64,000 nt of DNA from Octopus bimaculoides (lineage: Eukaryota): positions 50,242,893-50,306,892 of the forward strand of contig NC_068982.1 of NCBI RefSeq assembly GCF_001194135.2. Reading direction: 5' to 3'. Under the pieces are notes generated by a model. That model was not told where the DNA came from. It saw only the letters and a list, made by a program, of their open reading frames with translations, and did not search any database. The translations under genes and the position numbers were made by a program. Below, piece by piece: positions 25,620 through 36,959 of the stretch; the stretch's first letter is position 1; each line of letters opens with the position of its first letter.

Positions 25620-25878
25620 AAATCGAAACTTTAAAAAGTCCTTCCCCATGGTTTCATAAGATCGGTTACCAGATTCTGTGGCCTATAAATTCCCAACTCC
25701 TTGACGGGACGCCGGTCCGTCGCAGAATTATTCAATTTTGCTCGCTGAACGGACTGGAGTGACGCGACATGATGTCCTTTGCTCAAGATGACAACGCATC
25801 GCCCGGTCCAGGAATCAAAACTACTATCTTATGACCATGAGCGCAACACTGCTAACCACTAATCCACGCGACTCCACG
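25620..25878 (-). mobile_element. tRNA-derived SINE (family C variant)
   Basis: Minus-strand head GTGGATTAGTGGTTAG...TTTTGATTCCTGGACCGGGC followed by a CORE-like CTTGAGCAAAG. Confidence 0.7.
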
Positions 25879-26376
25879 AACTGGACAATGCTAAGGTTGT
25901 TGTTATTGTTGTTGTTGTTATTGTTATTATCATCATTATCATCCAAATAAGGCGGCAAGCTGTGTCCCTCCCCACAAATGTCAGGCCTTGTGCTTATAGT
26001 AGAAATAATTATTGCTATCTAAACAAAGCAAAGTGGCTAGCTGGGTAAAGTGCTTGTCAGCATTTTATCCGACTTTACGGTCTGAGTTCAAATTCCGCTG
26101 AGGTCAATTTTTATCTTTTTCGAGGTCGATGAAATAAGTACCCATTGATCCCAGGGTTCGATATAATCGACTGGTCCCCTCTTGCAAAATACCACGCAGT
26201 GGGACCGAGCCTCAAATTCCATGGTTGTGAAGTATTCACACACACACACACACACATACACACACATTTATATGTATATGTAGACATAAATACGTATGTA
26301 CATATAAATATGTATATACATATATATAAACATGTATCTATCTATCTATTTATCTCTCTCTCTCTCACTCACTCTC

Positions 26377-26446
<70 letters not shown>

Positions 26447-26449
<3 letters not shown>

Positions 26450-26627
26450 CAAAAACACAATAACAAAAAAACAAAAAAACAACAAAGTGAGGACGTGATA
26501 TGGATAGTATTATTGGACGCTCAGGAAAGGAAAGAGAGAGTGTATGACGTTTCGGGCGTAGCCCTTCGTCGGAAAGATGGAAAGTTCGGAGAATGGAAGA
26601 ACGGAGAAAGAGGAAAATGGTACCGAT
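26447..26627 (-). mobile_element. Penelope-LTR-like short repeat with degenerate hammerhead (26542-26576)
   Basis: CCGACGA A GGGC-UAC-GCCC GAAACGUC; downstream CUGAGCGUCCAAUAAUAC; ends in (TA)n. Confidence 0.55.
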
Positions 26628-28117
26628 NNNNNNNNNNNNNNNNNNNNNNNNNNNNNNNNNNNNNNNNNNNNNNNNNNNNNNNNNNNNNNNNNNNNNNNNN
26701 NNNNNNNNNNNNNNNNNNNNNNNNNNNNNNNNNNNNNNNNNNNNNNNNNNNNNNNNNNNNNNNNNNNNNNNNNNNNNNNNNNNNNNNNNNNNNNNNNNNN
26801 NNNNNNNNNNNNNNNNNNNNNNNNNNNNNNNNNNNNNNNNNNNNNNNNNNNNNNNNNNNNNNNNNNNNNNNNNNNNNNNNNNNNNNNNNNNNNNNNNNNN
26901 NNNNNNNNNNNNNNNNNNNNNNNNNNNNNNNNNNNNNNNNNNNNNNNNNNNNNNNNNNNNNNNNNNNNNNNNNNNNNNNNNNNNNNNNNNNNNNNNNNNN
27001 NNNNNNNNNNNNNNNNNNNNNNNNNNNNNNNNNNNNNNNNNNNNNNNNNNNNNNNNNNNNNNNNNNNNNNNNNNNNNNNNNNNNNNNNNNNNNNNNNNNN
27101 NNNNNNNNNNNNNNNNNNNNNNNNNNNNNNNNNNNNNNNNNNNNNNNNNNNNNNNNNNNATTATATTTCATGAAATATTTTAAAGAATTAATTAACAGAG
27201 AATATCATTAAGTTCTAACATTGATAGAAGACAACACAGGTGGAAGTTCCATTTGTTTCATTTGATCTTACTTCTTAACTAGCATTATTTTATCCACCGA
27301 AGAATGATCCTTTCTACTATAGGCCTAAGGTCTGAAATTTTGGTGGAGGGGACTTAATGATTACATCGACCCCAAGTTCAACTGGTACTTATTTTATCGA
27401 CCCTGAAAGGATGAAAGGCACAATCAGCCTCGGCGAAATTTGGACACAGAACGTAAAAACGGACGAAATGCTTAACAGCATGACCATTACACTTTGGATT
27501 TCCTCCCACTTTTTTTTTTTTTTTTTTTTACATGGTGTTTCAAGGCCCGCGTTATCGATATGTACTTCCGATGTCTTTAAGACGGTAAGGTACAATTTAA
27601 AGGAAATTTGACTACTATTTTCAGCAGGTCGAACGACTACTTAAAAGTGCCTGTCAACCTCATTGGCTGAGAGACATCCTCATTGACTCAGACACTGCTT
27701 ATGTCGCTCCAAGAGATATGAACTTAAGTTCTCCATAATGCTCTTTTTTTCCTATAAAAGTGACAATAACTGTTATCTTCCAACATTTATTTTACCACAA
27801 AATTCTACTGAAATATAACTAGGGCTTCATTATTTCGACGTTTCTATCTTCTTTATTATTCTTTGGTGTCTACAGTTTTCCTTCTTCTCCATTTAGAATA
27901 AAACAGTGGTACTTAATCGCTTTGACTTCGTGGCGTTACTGAAGATCAAACAAAAATTTGTTGGTGAACTCCGCATGGCTGTTTACAGTTACGTACGCCC
28001 TCTGTAATGGTGTTATAAATTTACAGGCGCACTCCGCATGGTAGTTTGAAAATTAATAATTAAACAACTATTGTTTACCTTATTTCTATAATCATGCTTT
28101 TGTATAATAAAATAATG

Positions 28118-28885
28118 GTTTCAACTTTTGGCGCAATGCCAGCAATTTTAGGGGAGGGGAATAGTCGATTACATCCCCCCTCCATTGCACGAATAGAACA
28201 TAAGGCGCAGGAAGAAATGCTGCGAAGCATTTTGTCCGATACGCTAAGGATTGTGTCCGTTCACCGCTTCGTGGTTTAGAATTTTGGCACAAGGCCAGCA
28301 GTTTTAAGTAAGGCGGAATAATCGATACCATCAACCCAAGTACTTGACTGGTATTTATCTTATCGAACCTCGAAAGAATAAATGGTAAAGTTGATCTCAG
28401 CGGGATTTGAACTAAGAAAGTAAAGAACCAGAAGAAATGCCGAAAACATTTTGCTCGACGCGCCGATGATTCTAACTTTTCGCCGCCTTCGTGTATAACA
28501 AAATAATCCGTTCTTTTCTTGGCACACAGCCAGCAGTTTTGAAGGGTGGAGACGTCAACTGCATCGACCCCAGTACTCAACAAATAGTTGTTTTATAGAT
28601 TCCAAATGGATGAAGGGCAAAGTCGACCTCGGCGGAATTTGAACTCAGAACGTTAAGACGAACAAAATGCTGCTAAGCGTATTAACAATTCTGCTATTTC
28701 ATTGCTTTCATGTATAACAAAAGAATGATTTTACATTTTGGGGAAGGGTGCAAGTCGATAACATCGACCCCAGTGCTCAGCTAGTACTTATTTTATCTTC
28801 TGAAAGGTGGAAAGGTAAACTCAACCTTGCCGGAATTTGAACTCAGAACGAAAAGACGAATGAAATGCTGTTAAGCATTTATACA
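28118..28885 (-). mobile_element. Head-to-tail cluster of about 4 SINE family B copies
   Basis: Repeated TTTTGGCNCAANGCCAGCA, ACATCGACCCCAGT and CGGAATTTGAACTCAGAACG modules. Confidence 0.85.
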
Positions 28886-29967
28886 GCATGTATATCAAAA
28901 TAGCGAAAACATATTTTTCAAGACGGTCAAGTAGGAATATGAATTTTCTAAATTCTTAAATTATAGTTTTTAAAATCAACGGCGCACCTAACTACCCCTT
29001 GCAGCGCAGTACTTGAGAATCGTCACGCTAAAACTTCAGATGTGGCATTTTAAATAATACCTCAGAGCTTCTCAGTTTTGGAAATACGAACCTCTCGAAA
29101 TATTTGCACTTATTGTCTGTACTCCACTCCTGGTTACGCGAGAGAGGTTCGCAGGATGGTTGCATCCGGGTTGACAATGGTAACTCTCTCACTGCGCCTA
29201 GTACAAATCTTTGCTGTCGTGTGTATTAAACGCTCAACGAAAAAATTGACAAGCATCCTTTTGTTGCTATATATTATATTTGTTCGAAGACTTTAAAAAA
29301 GGAAAAATCGTTTTAACGTAACGTGCTCTTTAAAAAACTTTTTAGCTTCAAAACAGACATTCTTTGTTTTGTGAATTAGTAAGTAGCAGGGCCTCATCTC
29401 ATTCGGCGGTAATAAATAAATAAATTATTAAAATCTGTTTAAATATCAAAGGGTGCATGCTACCTTCCATCGAAATAGTTAACGCTTACTCTGCAGTGGT
29501 GAGTGTTTACGTGTACAACATGTAGGAGTGCAAGCGTGCGTGTTCATACACACACACACAACCACACAGACACACACGCACATACACAGACACACACACA
29601 TATGTATTATATAACTGTGTGTATGTGTATATGTGTGTGTATGTGTGCGTGCTCGTGTGTGTGTGTTCCTGAGTTTTTACATTGTTTTAGAAAGATGAGA
29701 TGAGATAAGTTACCAAGTGCAGTGCTTACTACTTAACATTTTGAAACCTTTCAATAGAATGGTAATGAATAGTTCTTTGTTGTTTATGAATAAGAGAACG
29801 GAATACTGTAAGAAAAATAAACTATATTTATGATTTGTACTAAGAAAGCGTAACCTTGTAACAGATGCTTCGGAATTGCATGAAATGTGCACAGGCACGT
29901 TCAGTATACAGCCAAGTTGCAGACTTTCAAAAGCACCTGATGCAAAGTTGGCATTTGAAACGCGCGC

Positions 29968-30044
<77 letters not shown>

Positions 30045-30991
30045 ACTATAAAGAAAAAAGAGATGACAAGGGATAAGCGATTATCATACGAACGCTTCGT
30101 TCAGAAGCATACGTATATAATTTTTACACCAATGTATATACTTATTTTTATATGTGTATATATAAATATATATAGAGAGAGAAAGGGGGACATTCATGGC
30201 AGAGAATAAGTACAGAAGCGAGAAATAATGCGACATGGAATTCAATTATAAGTGGCCTACACTCCGCTTTGGAGGGTTAAAGGCAAGAAAGAAAAAAGTA
30301 TCTACATACATAGATGTGTGTGTGCATAAATTTATGTGTGTGTCTTTATGTCTGTGTTTGTTCCCACCCATCTTCGCTTGACAACCGATGTTGGTGCGTT
30401 TATGTCCCGGTAATATAGTGGTTTGGCAAAAGAGAACGGTAGAATAAGTACTAGACTTACAAGGAATAAGTCCTGGTGTCGATTTCTTCGACTAAAACCC
30501 TTTAAAGTGGTGCTTCAGCATGGCCGCGGTCAAATGACTGAAACAAGTAAAAGAATAAATGAATATATATAAATATATGTATGTATATATACATACATAT
30601 ATGTGTATGTACATANNNNNNNNNNNNNNNNNNNNNNNNNNNNNNNNNNNNNNNNNNNNNNNNNNNNNNNNNNNNNNNNNNNNNNNNNNNNNNNNNNNNN
30701 NNNNNNNNNNNNNNNNNNNNNNNNNNNNNNNNNNNNNNNNNNNNNNNNNNNNNNNNNNNNNNNNNNNNNNNNNNNNNNNNNNNNNNNNNNNNNNNNNNNN
30801 NNNNNNNNNNNNNNNNNNNNNNNNNNNNNNNNNNNNNNNNNNNNNNNNNNNNNNNNNNNNNNNNNNNNNNNNNNNNNNNNNNNNNNNNNNNNNNNNNNNN
30901 NNNNNNNNNNNNNNNNNNNNNNNNNNNNNNNNNNNNNNNNNNNNNNNNNNNNNNNNNNNNNNNNNNNNNNNNNNNNNNNNNNNNNNNNNNN

Positions 30992-31030
<39 letters not shown>

Positions 31031-31036
31031 TATATA

Positions 31037-31215
31037 GGGGGAGAATTCACAAAAAAAAGACGAAGACAAGTGGTGTAGACAACAAACAGATGTATTAGTT
31101 TAACGCTCAGGAAGTGAAAATGTCTTTAACGTTTCGAGCCTACGCTCATCCACAGAAAGGAAGACAGAAAGAAAATAAAGAATGTGTAGTGGCTAGTGAT
31201 CTATCATGGCGAATG
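31037..31215 (-). mobile_element. Penelope-LTR-like short repeat with hammerhead variant (31124-31159)
   Basis: Same family as 41281-41532 (+): CTGTGGA.GAGCGTAGG.TCGAAACGTTAAAGAC..TTTTCACTTCC.GAGCGTTAAACTAATACA. Confidence 0.7.
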
Positions 31216-31330
31216 ATATATATATATATATATTCATACTTATGTCCCCGAACTGCTGGTATCTCACCATCAGCGTATAATTTGAAGCGAAAACGAAGTG
31301 TAAACCAGGGAAGTTGTGAAGCATCTTACG

Positions 31331-31435
31331 TCACCTGATAAGGCATTTTTGCACTGTACGTTACATCTGGTGTCATTATATCGTTCCACACCCACTAGGG
31401 AACAGTGTAGAATAAAGCCGAAACAATTGTTGTGC
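31331..31435 (+). ncRNA. Type-I hammerhead-like motif with long stem II and G8A change
   Basis: CAC CUGAUAA GGC...GCACUGU/ACAGUGU...GCC GAAA CAAUUG U U GUG; stem III is the palindrome ACAAUUGU. Confidence 0.55.
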
Positions 31436-31480
31436 TAATGGGTGCTTCTAGTTACACTCCATCTTCTTTGTCTTAATCAT

Positions 31481-31512
<32 letters not shown>

Positions 31513-32689
31513 NNNNNNNNNNNNNNNNNNNNNNNNNNNNNNNNNNNNNNNNNNNNNNNNNNNNNNNNNNNNNNNNNNNNNNNNNNNNNNNNNNNNNNNN
31601 NNNNNNNNNNNNNNNNNNNNNNNNNNNNNNNNNNNNNNNNNNNNNNNNNNNNNNNNNNNNNNNNNNNNNNNNNNNNNNNNNNNNNNNNNNNNNNNNNNNN
31701 NNNNNNNNNNNNNNATATATATATATTAAAATATGGAAAGAAGAGGTGCATTACCACGCAAAGAAAAAATATAGGAGAACTTGTTTTTGAAAATGCACCT
31801 GAATTTGAAAAACGTGTAGTTGTTTTTAAATAGGTTTATTCACGTACATACCAAAGTAGTTTCAGGAAGTTGTTGTTTATCAATGATAGAAGTGTGTATA
31901 AAACAATGGGATTTTAACAGAGCTTAAAATTACGAAACAGAAATCGAATAAACATGTTTAAAAGATCAAATGTTCACATAAAACTCAATGACAGGGATAG
32001 ATAATATCAAAGTAAATGTTCGGCGAAGAATATAATAAGTGTACATTATTAAAAGTTCGGTTATACTGTTTTTTTTTTTATGGAATACGTGGACAAGAGA
32101 GAGAAAAAGAAAGAAAAAAACAATTTGATGTACGCAGGGCCTTACTTTTCGTACAAACAATTACTTTTAGTAGCTGGTACGTATCTAAATTCCTGTTCGT
32201 ATTTTGAAGGAAAACCCATTGTCGCTAAACACTATTCTAAAGTGCGATTTTTATGGTTTGGGATTTCTCTAAACATATTTGATCATAAAGATGTCTGAAA
32301 TTTAGGTTTTTTTAAGGTAATAATAAAATTAGTCGAATCAGTTTTCATGCAGTCAAAGCGCGCTAAGTTTCCATAGCTCCGACGGCATGAAGATAGGTCC
32401 GACAAATTTTATCGATATCTGAAAAAATACTAAGTTTCTAACATTTCTATGGTAGAGAGTTATGAGAGGTAATATTGTATGAGAGTGAGTTCAATATGTA
32501 TTTCAGTTCTGAACGTTATGAACCACGTATTATGGTTAAATTACCTGATACTGTTATCATATTTAGAGAAAGATTTTTTCAAAATGTTTATTTTGGAAAT
32601 TACTTTTGGAAATAGTTATAATATTTAGAGAAATATTTTTTCAAAATGTTAGGATTAAGAAAAAGAAAACCAAGAATGGCGAACAGTAG

Positions 32690-33431
32690 AAGAGTCATTG
32701 AATAGTGAGAGAAGGGTAAAGCATGAGGAATAGTAGAAGTGTCATTGAATAGTGAGAGAGGGGTAAAGCATAAGGAATGAGAGAGGGGGTCGGAGAAATA
32801 AAGTGGAAAAAGTGTGACACACTGACATTCGCTTTCGCATTTATTATAGATGAGCACGTTTTCCTTATTCAATCGAAATTGGGTTGAAATGTTCTGGTGC
32901 ATCGATAGAGAGGGAATATTTGGTATTTCGGGCTTATGTCTGCGGGGCATTGATCTAGGTGTTTGCTTATGGGAATTTTCCTGGTCCTAGGGTCCCGGAT
33001 TTGTTGCCTGTGTACCGTCAGTCTGTTCCTCAAGGTCCAACTACGTAGTTTGACCTGTGTAGTCTCCATCACATCCATCACATTTGAGGACATAGATTAA
33101 GTTCTTCGATGCACAAGTGGAGTGATTTTTTACGGTGAAAGTTTGACCTGACTTAAATTTATATGTTGAGCCCACCAAGAGCTCGAAGTAAGTCCCGCAG
33201 TTAGGGCGGTAGCATTTTTTTGACTAGTAGGGTTGTATATTTGATGGGTAATTTGGCACTAGTAAGTAACATTTTTAGGGGTTGCGGTTGTCTCTTGCTT
33301 TTAATAATCTTATGTGTTTCCAGTGTTGTTTTTGCTCGCAGGTCGTTGCATAAGAAGGGGTATGTTTTGATAGATGATGTTGTATGCTTCCATGTTCCTC
33401 GGATTGTGTGTTGATAAGTAAGACAAAGTTT
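32690..33431 (-). mobile_element. Penelope-like element 3-prime part (linker, GIY-YIG endonuclease, 3-prime UTR)
   Basis: IIKSKRQPQPLKMLLTSAK linker; ETTQ...LRNRLTVHRQQIRDP...ISKHLDQC (GIY-YIG); RLNKENVLI. Confidence 0.85.
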
Positions 33432-33744
33432 ATCTCGGGTTTCCGAAACCCATGATAAACGACTCCAAGAACTTAAAAACACATTACTAGAAAGAAAGTA
33501 TCCGGCTAGTTTAATCAAAAACGGAATAGAACGTGTAAAAACGATAGACATCCAAGAATTATAAAAAACAAGAAAACCTTATGAAACATTTAAAACTTTG
33601 TCTTACTTATCAACACACAATCCAAAGAACATGGAAGCATTCAACATCATCCATCAAAACATACCCTCCTTATGAACGACCTGCGAGTGAAAAACGCACT
33701 GGAAACACATAGGATTGTTAAATGCAAGAGACAACTGCAATCCC
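33432..33744 (+). mobile_element. Penelope-like RT C-terminal fragment in inverted orientation
   Basis: SETHDKRLQELKNTLLERKYPASLIKNGIER...STHNPKN...IVKCKRQ; 33593-33744 is the inverted counterpart of 33278-33431. Confidence 0.8.
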
Positions 33745-33915
33745 TCTACCACCACAGCCCCACCAAAAAAGAAAGGTGGGGTGAATGAGACCATGAATTT
33801 TGCAATACCATATGATAGAAGAACGGATACCCCAAAAAATTGAAGAAAAAACTAAAAAAATACCAGGATCTAAAGAGAGAGATGAAGAGATTGAGGAAGA
33901 CAAAGACGACAGTCA
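33745..33915 (+). mobile_element. R4/Dong-like REL endonuclease fragment
   Basis: EKLKKYQDLKREMKRLRKTKTTV resembles the EKxxKYxDL motif of REL domains. Confidence 0.6.
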
Positions 33916-33921
33916 ATAATA

Positions 33922-33968
<47 letters not shown>

Positions 33969-33979
33969 AATAATAATAA

Positions 33980-34540
33980 GTGCCCTGATGCATTGCCAGG
34001 CACTGGTTCTCATGGCTTCTGATCTTAACTGATTGGAAGTGTTATCATGTACATTATTTTATCTTGGTATAAAAGATGGGCTGCAGCAAATATTCTGCTA
34101 AACACCACAGATTTGCTTGTCAGTTGTTTGACCTTAACCAGTTGAGCATGTCCCTTAGTGGCTGACGATATATGCATCTCTGATCACGAGCAGGAGTAGT
34201 AGGGGAGCATCATAACCATGTGCTGAGAGGAATTTTGGGGAGTTTGAATAATTCACCTCTGGAAACAGGGGTGTTTTGTTCACATCCTTAGACAACCCTT
34301 ATTCAAGGACCATTTGAACGGGATGGACTACTCAACCTAAAGAAGATTCTAACTGGGTTCCGCCTGCAATGTCATGCACTGTTTATCTTGATATGAGGTC
34401 ACCATATCGCCCATATATGCTTGTGATGCATGTGCCTGGTGTACCCTTATCAGACGGGTAGTTATGATGGGTATATTGGGCTTCGTATATTTTGCTCCAG
34501 TGTCACTTTGATGGCATGAACTGCTCTGCGCTGCTCTCTC
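33980..34540. repeat. ~560-bp non-coding interspersed repeat inserted in (AAT/GAT)n
   Basis: Sharp boundaries against AAT repeats on both sides; recalled as an abundant octopus repeat (not verified). Confidence 0.55.
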
Positions 34541-34787
34541 AATAATAATAATAATAATGATCTCAAATTTTGGCACAAGGCCAGCAAATTTAGAAAAAGG
34601 GGCTAGTCGATTACATCAACTCCAGTACTTTACTGGTACTTATTTTATCGACTTCATAAGGATGAAAGGCAAAGTCAACCTCGGCGGAATTAGAACTCAG
34701 AACGAAAAGTCGGGCTGAGCACCGCTAAGCATTTTGTCCGGCGTGCTAACAACTCTGTCAGCTCGCCGCCTTATTAATAATATTATT

Positions 34788-34820
<33 letters not shown>

Positions 34821-34824
34821 TAAT

Positions 34825-35420
34825 TCGTTTTATTGGCCACAAGGGCTAATATCAATTAAAAACATATAAGGACAAAGACAGGACGAAGGTTACAAAAGGT
34901 TTTGTCCGAGAAGGTAGGAAAGTTCGTCTAAACAGAGGAAGAAAACGGAGAAAGATATAATAAATAAATAGATAAATAAATAGATAAATAAATAAGTAGA
35001 ACTCCCAAAGGGGGAGGCGCTTCGAAAAAGGAAAGGTTACACGTGGAAAAACCCATAGAACCACGGGAGCCTGGTCAGAAAAAATAAGAAAGGGGTATAG
35101 AGCCCTTTCTCCTTTTACATTACCTTTTTTTTTTTTTTCTACAGGTGTATTCTCAGAATTGGTCCGTTTATACTGGCCATTTTTCCAACAGTCACCCATC
35201 TTTCAACGAATTTGCTATGAGACAGCACTTCCCTCTCTACTCTCATCTTCCTTTTCAAGTGGAACTTGAAAAAGTTGATGAGGCCTTGGCCAAAGAGGAA
35301 AGTGTCTGTCTTTAACCCTTTCAAACGGGTCCACCATATCACCTCTTTCGCTACAGCCCCTAGGCATAGGAAAATTGCCTTGCCCTCCTGGTTAAAGGAG
35401 GTCGGCGGGTCAATTCTCAC
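34825..35420 (-). mobile_element. L1/Tx1-type LINE 3-prime end (ORF2 C-terminus and 3-prime UTR)
   Basis: FLCLGAVAKEVIWWTR...FFKFHLKRKMRVER...FVERW; UTR ends GCCCTTGTGGCCAATAAAA before a (TTA)n tail. Confidence 0.7.
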
Positions 35421-35429
35421 GATGGATCC

Positions 35430-36635
35430 AGCTGATAGCCGGATCCGTCCTACACGTGACAGAGGAAGATTTGAAAGAAGCTAGGGAACAGAAATGCCAA
35501 ATTGGCAAACAATGAGAGCGGTTGAGAAAGGACAGTGGTATAAGAACTTGGGAATACTGGAAGCAGATGAAATTAAAAAATGACGAAATGAAACAAATTA
35601 CCAGTAGGGAGTATACAAGGGAAATGAGTAAATGTTTGCAGTCAAAGTTGAATTCAAAAGCTCTTATTGAAGCCATAAATTCAAGAGCAGTATCTTTAAT
35701 CAGATATGGTGTTGGAATTATAGACTGGACCAAAAACGATATAAAGAAACTTGACAGAAAAACTAGAAAGTTGTTGACATTGTATGGAGCCCACCACACG
35801 AAAGCTGATATCAACCGGCTGTACTTGAGGAGAGACCAGGGTTGAAGAGGCTTACTAACTGTAGCAGAATGTGTACAGATGGAAAGAAAGAGCCTAGCAG
35901 AGTATTTACAGAGCAGCAAAGAAAAACTGCTAGATAGTGAATAAAGAATAGGTGATCAAGCACATAGGGCAAGAATGAAATACGAAGCGAGCACGTCAGA
36001 CATATTAAAGAGAAACCTCTGCATGACCAGTTTTGGAGCGCCACTAAATATGTATGTGGAATAAAATCCTGAGCTTGGTTAAAAAAGGGGCAATTAAAAA
36101 AAGAAACAGAGAGCCTAATTGTAGCAGCCTAAGATCAAGCGATAAAATCAAATAACTTGAGAGAAAATATATATACGGTGAGAATGTGTCAGAAGAATGT
36201 AGAGCCAGTAGAACTTGGAACGAGACAATGGCACAGGTTGTGACAGAATGCTCCAAGTTGGCTCAGGAAGAATAAAAGAAATGGAGGCACGACCAGGGTG
36301 TAAGAGTTTTACCCTGGAAACTTTGCCAGAAATGGGGACTTGAAGCTGGAAACACATGGTACAATCATTGGGTCGAAAGAGTACTGGAGTCGGAAAAATG
36401 TAAGATTTTGTGAGACTTTCCTATTCAAACGGACAAGAAGTTAGAAAATAATGAACTGGACATAACAATTATAGATAAGGAAAAGCGAAGATGCTTCCTT
36501 ATTAACCAATCATGACTGTTTGATTTCAGGAGCAAAAAGAGGATAAAAAGCAAAAATATAAAATCCTTTAAAATTTGAAATAGGAAGAATTTGGAGTATG
36601 AGAATTGTCAAGGTCGTGCCTATAATAATTGAAAC
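35430..36635 (+). mobile_element. R4/Dong-type LINE fragment (RT thumb, CCHC, REL)
   Basis: LIEAINSRAVSLIRYGVGIIDW...KADINRLYLRR, KKETESLIVAA*DQAI, CSKLAQ, DFPIQTDKKL...DITIIDK, VKVVPIII. Confidence 0.85.
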
Positions 36636-36959
36636 ACATAAAAATATAGAAATACAAAAATATATGAATGCTAAAAATATACACGGACATATAGATATAT
36701 AGATATGTAAACATAATAATAATAGAATATAGATAAAAATAATGAAATATAGAAAAAAGACGTTTTTTTATTTTAAATTTAGAATATAATATAAAGTAAT
36801 AGACATGAAAAAGTTTTAGGTAACATGCTAGAGGAAAATATGGTGTTCCAACGATCGTTTCAGGAGTAAATTCGTGCAGAGTACATATGAGTCTTAAGAT
36901 TCATTTCCACCATCAGGGAAAAATAGTGTTTACGCTAGATTTGGATCTAGTCCCTTTGA

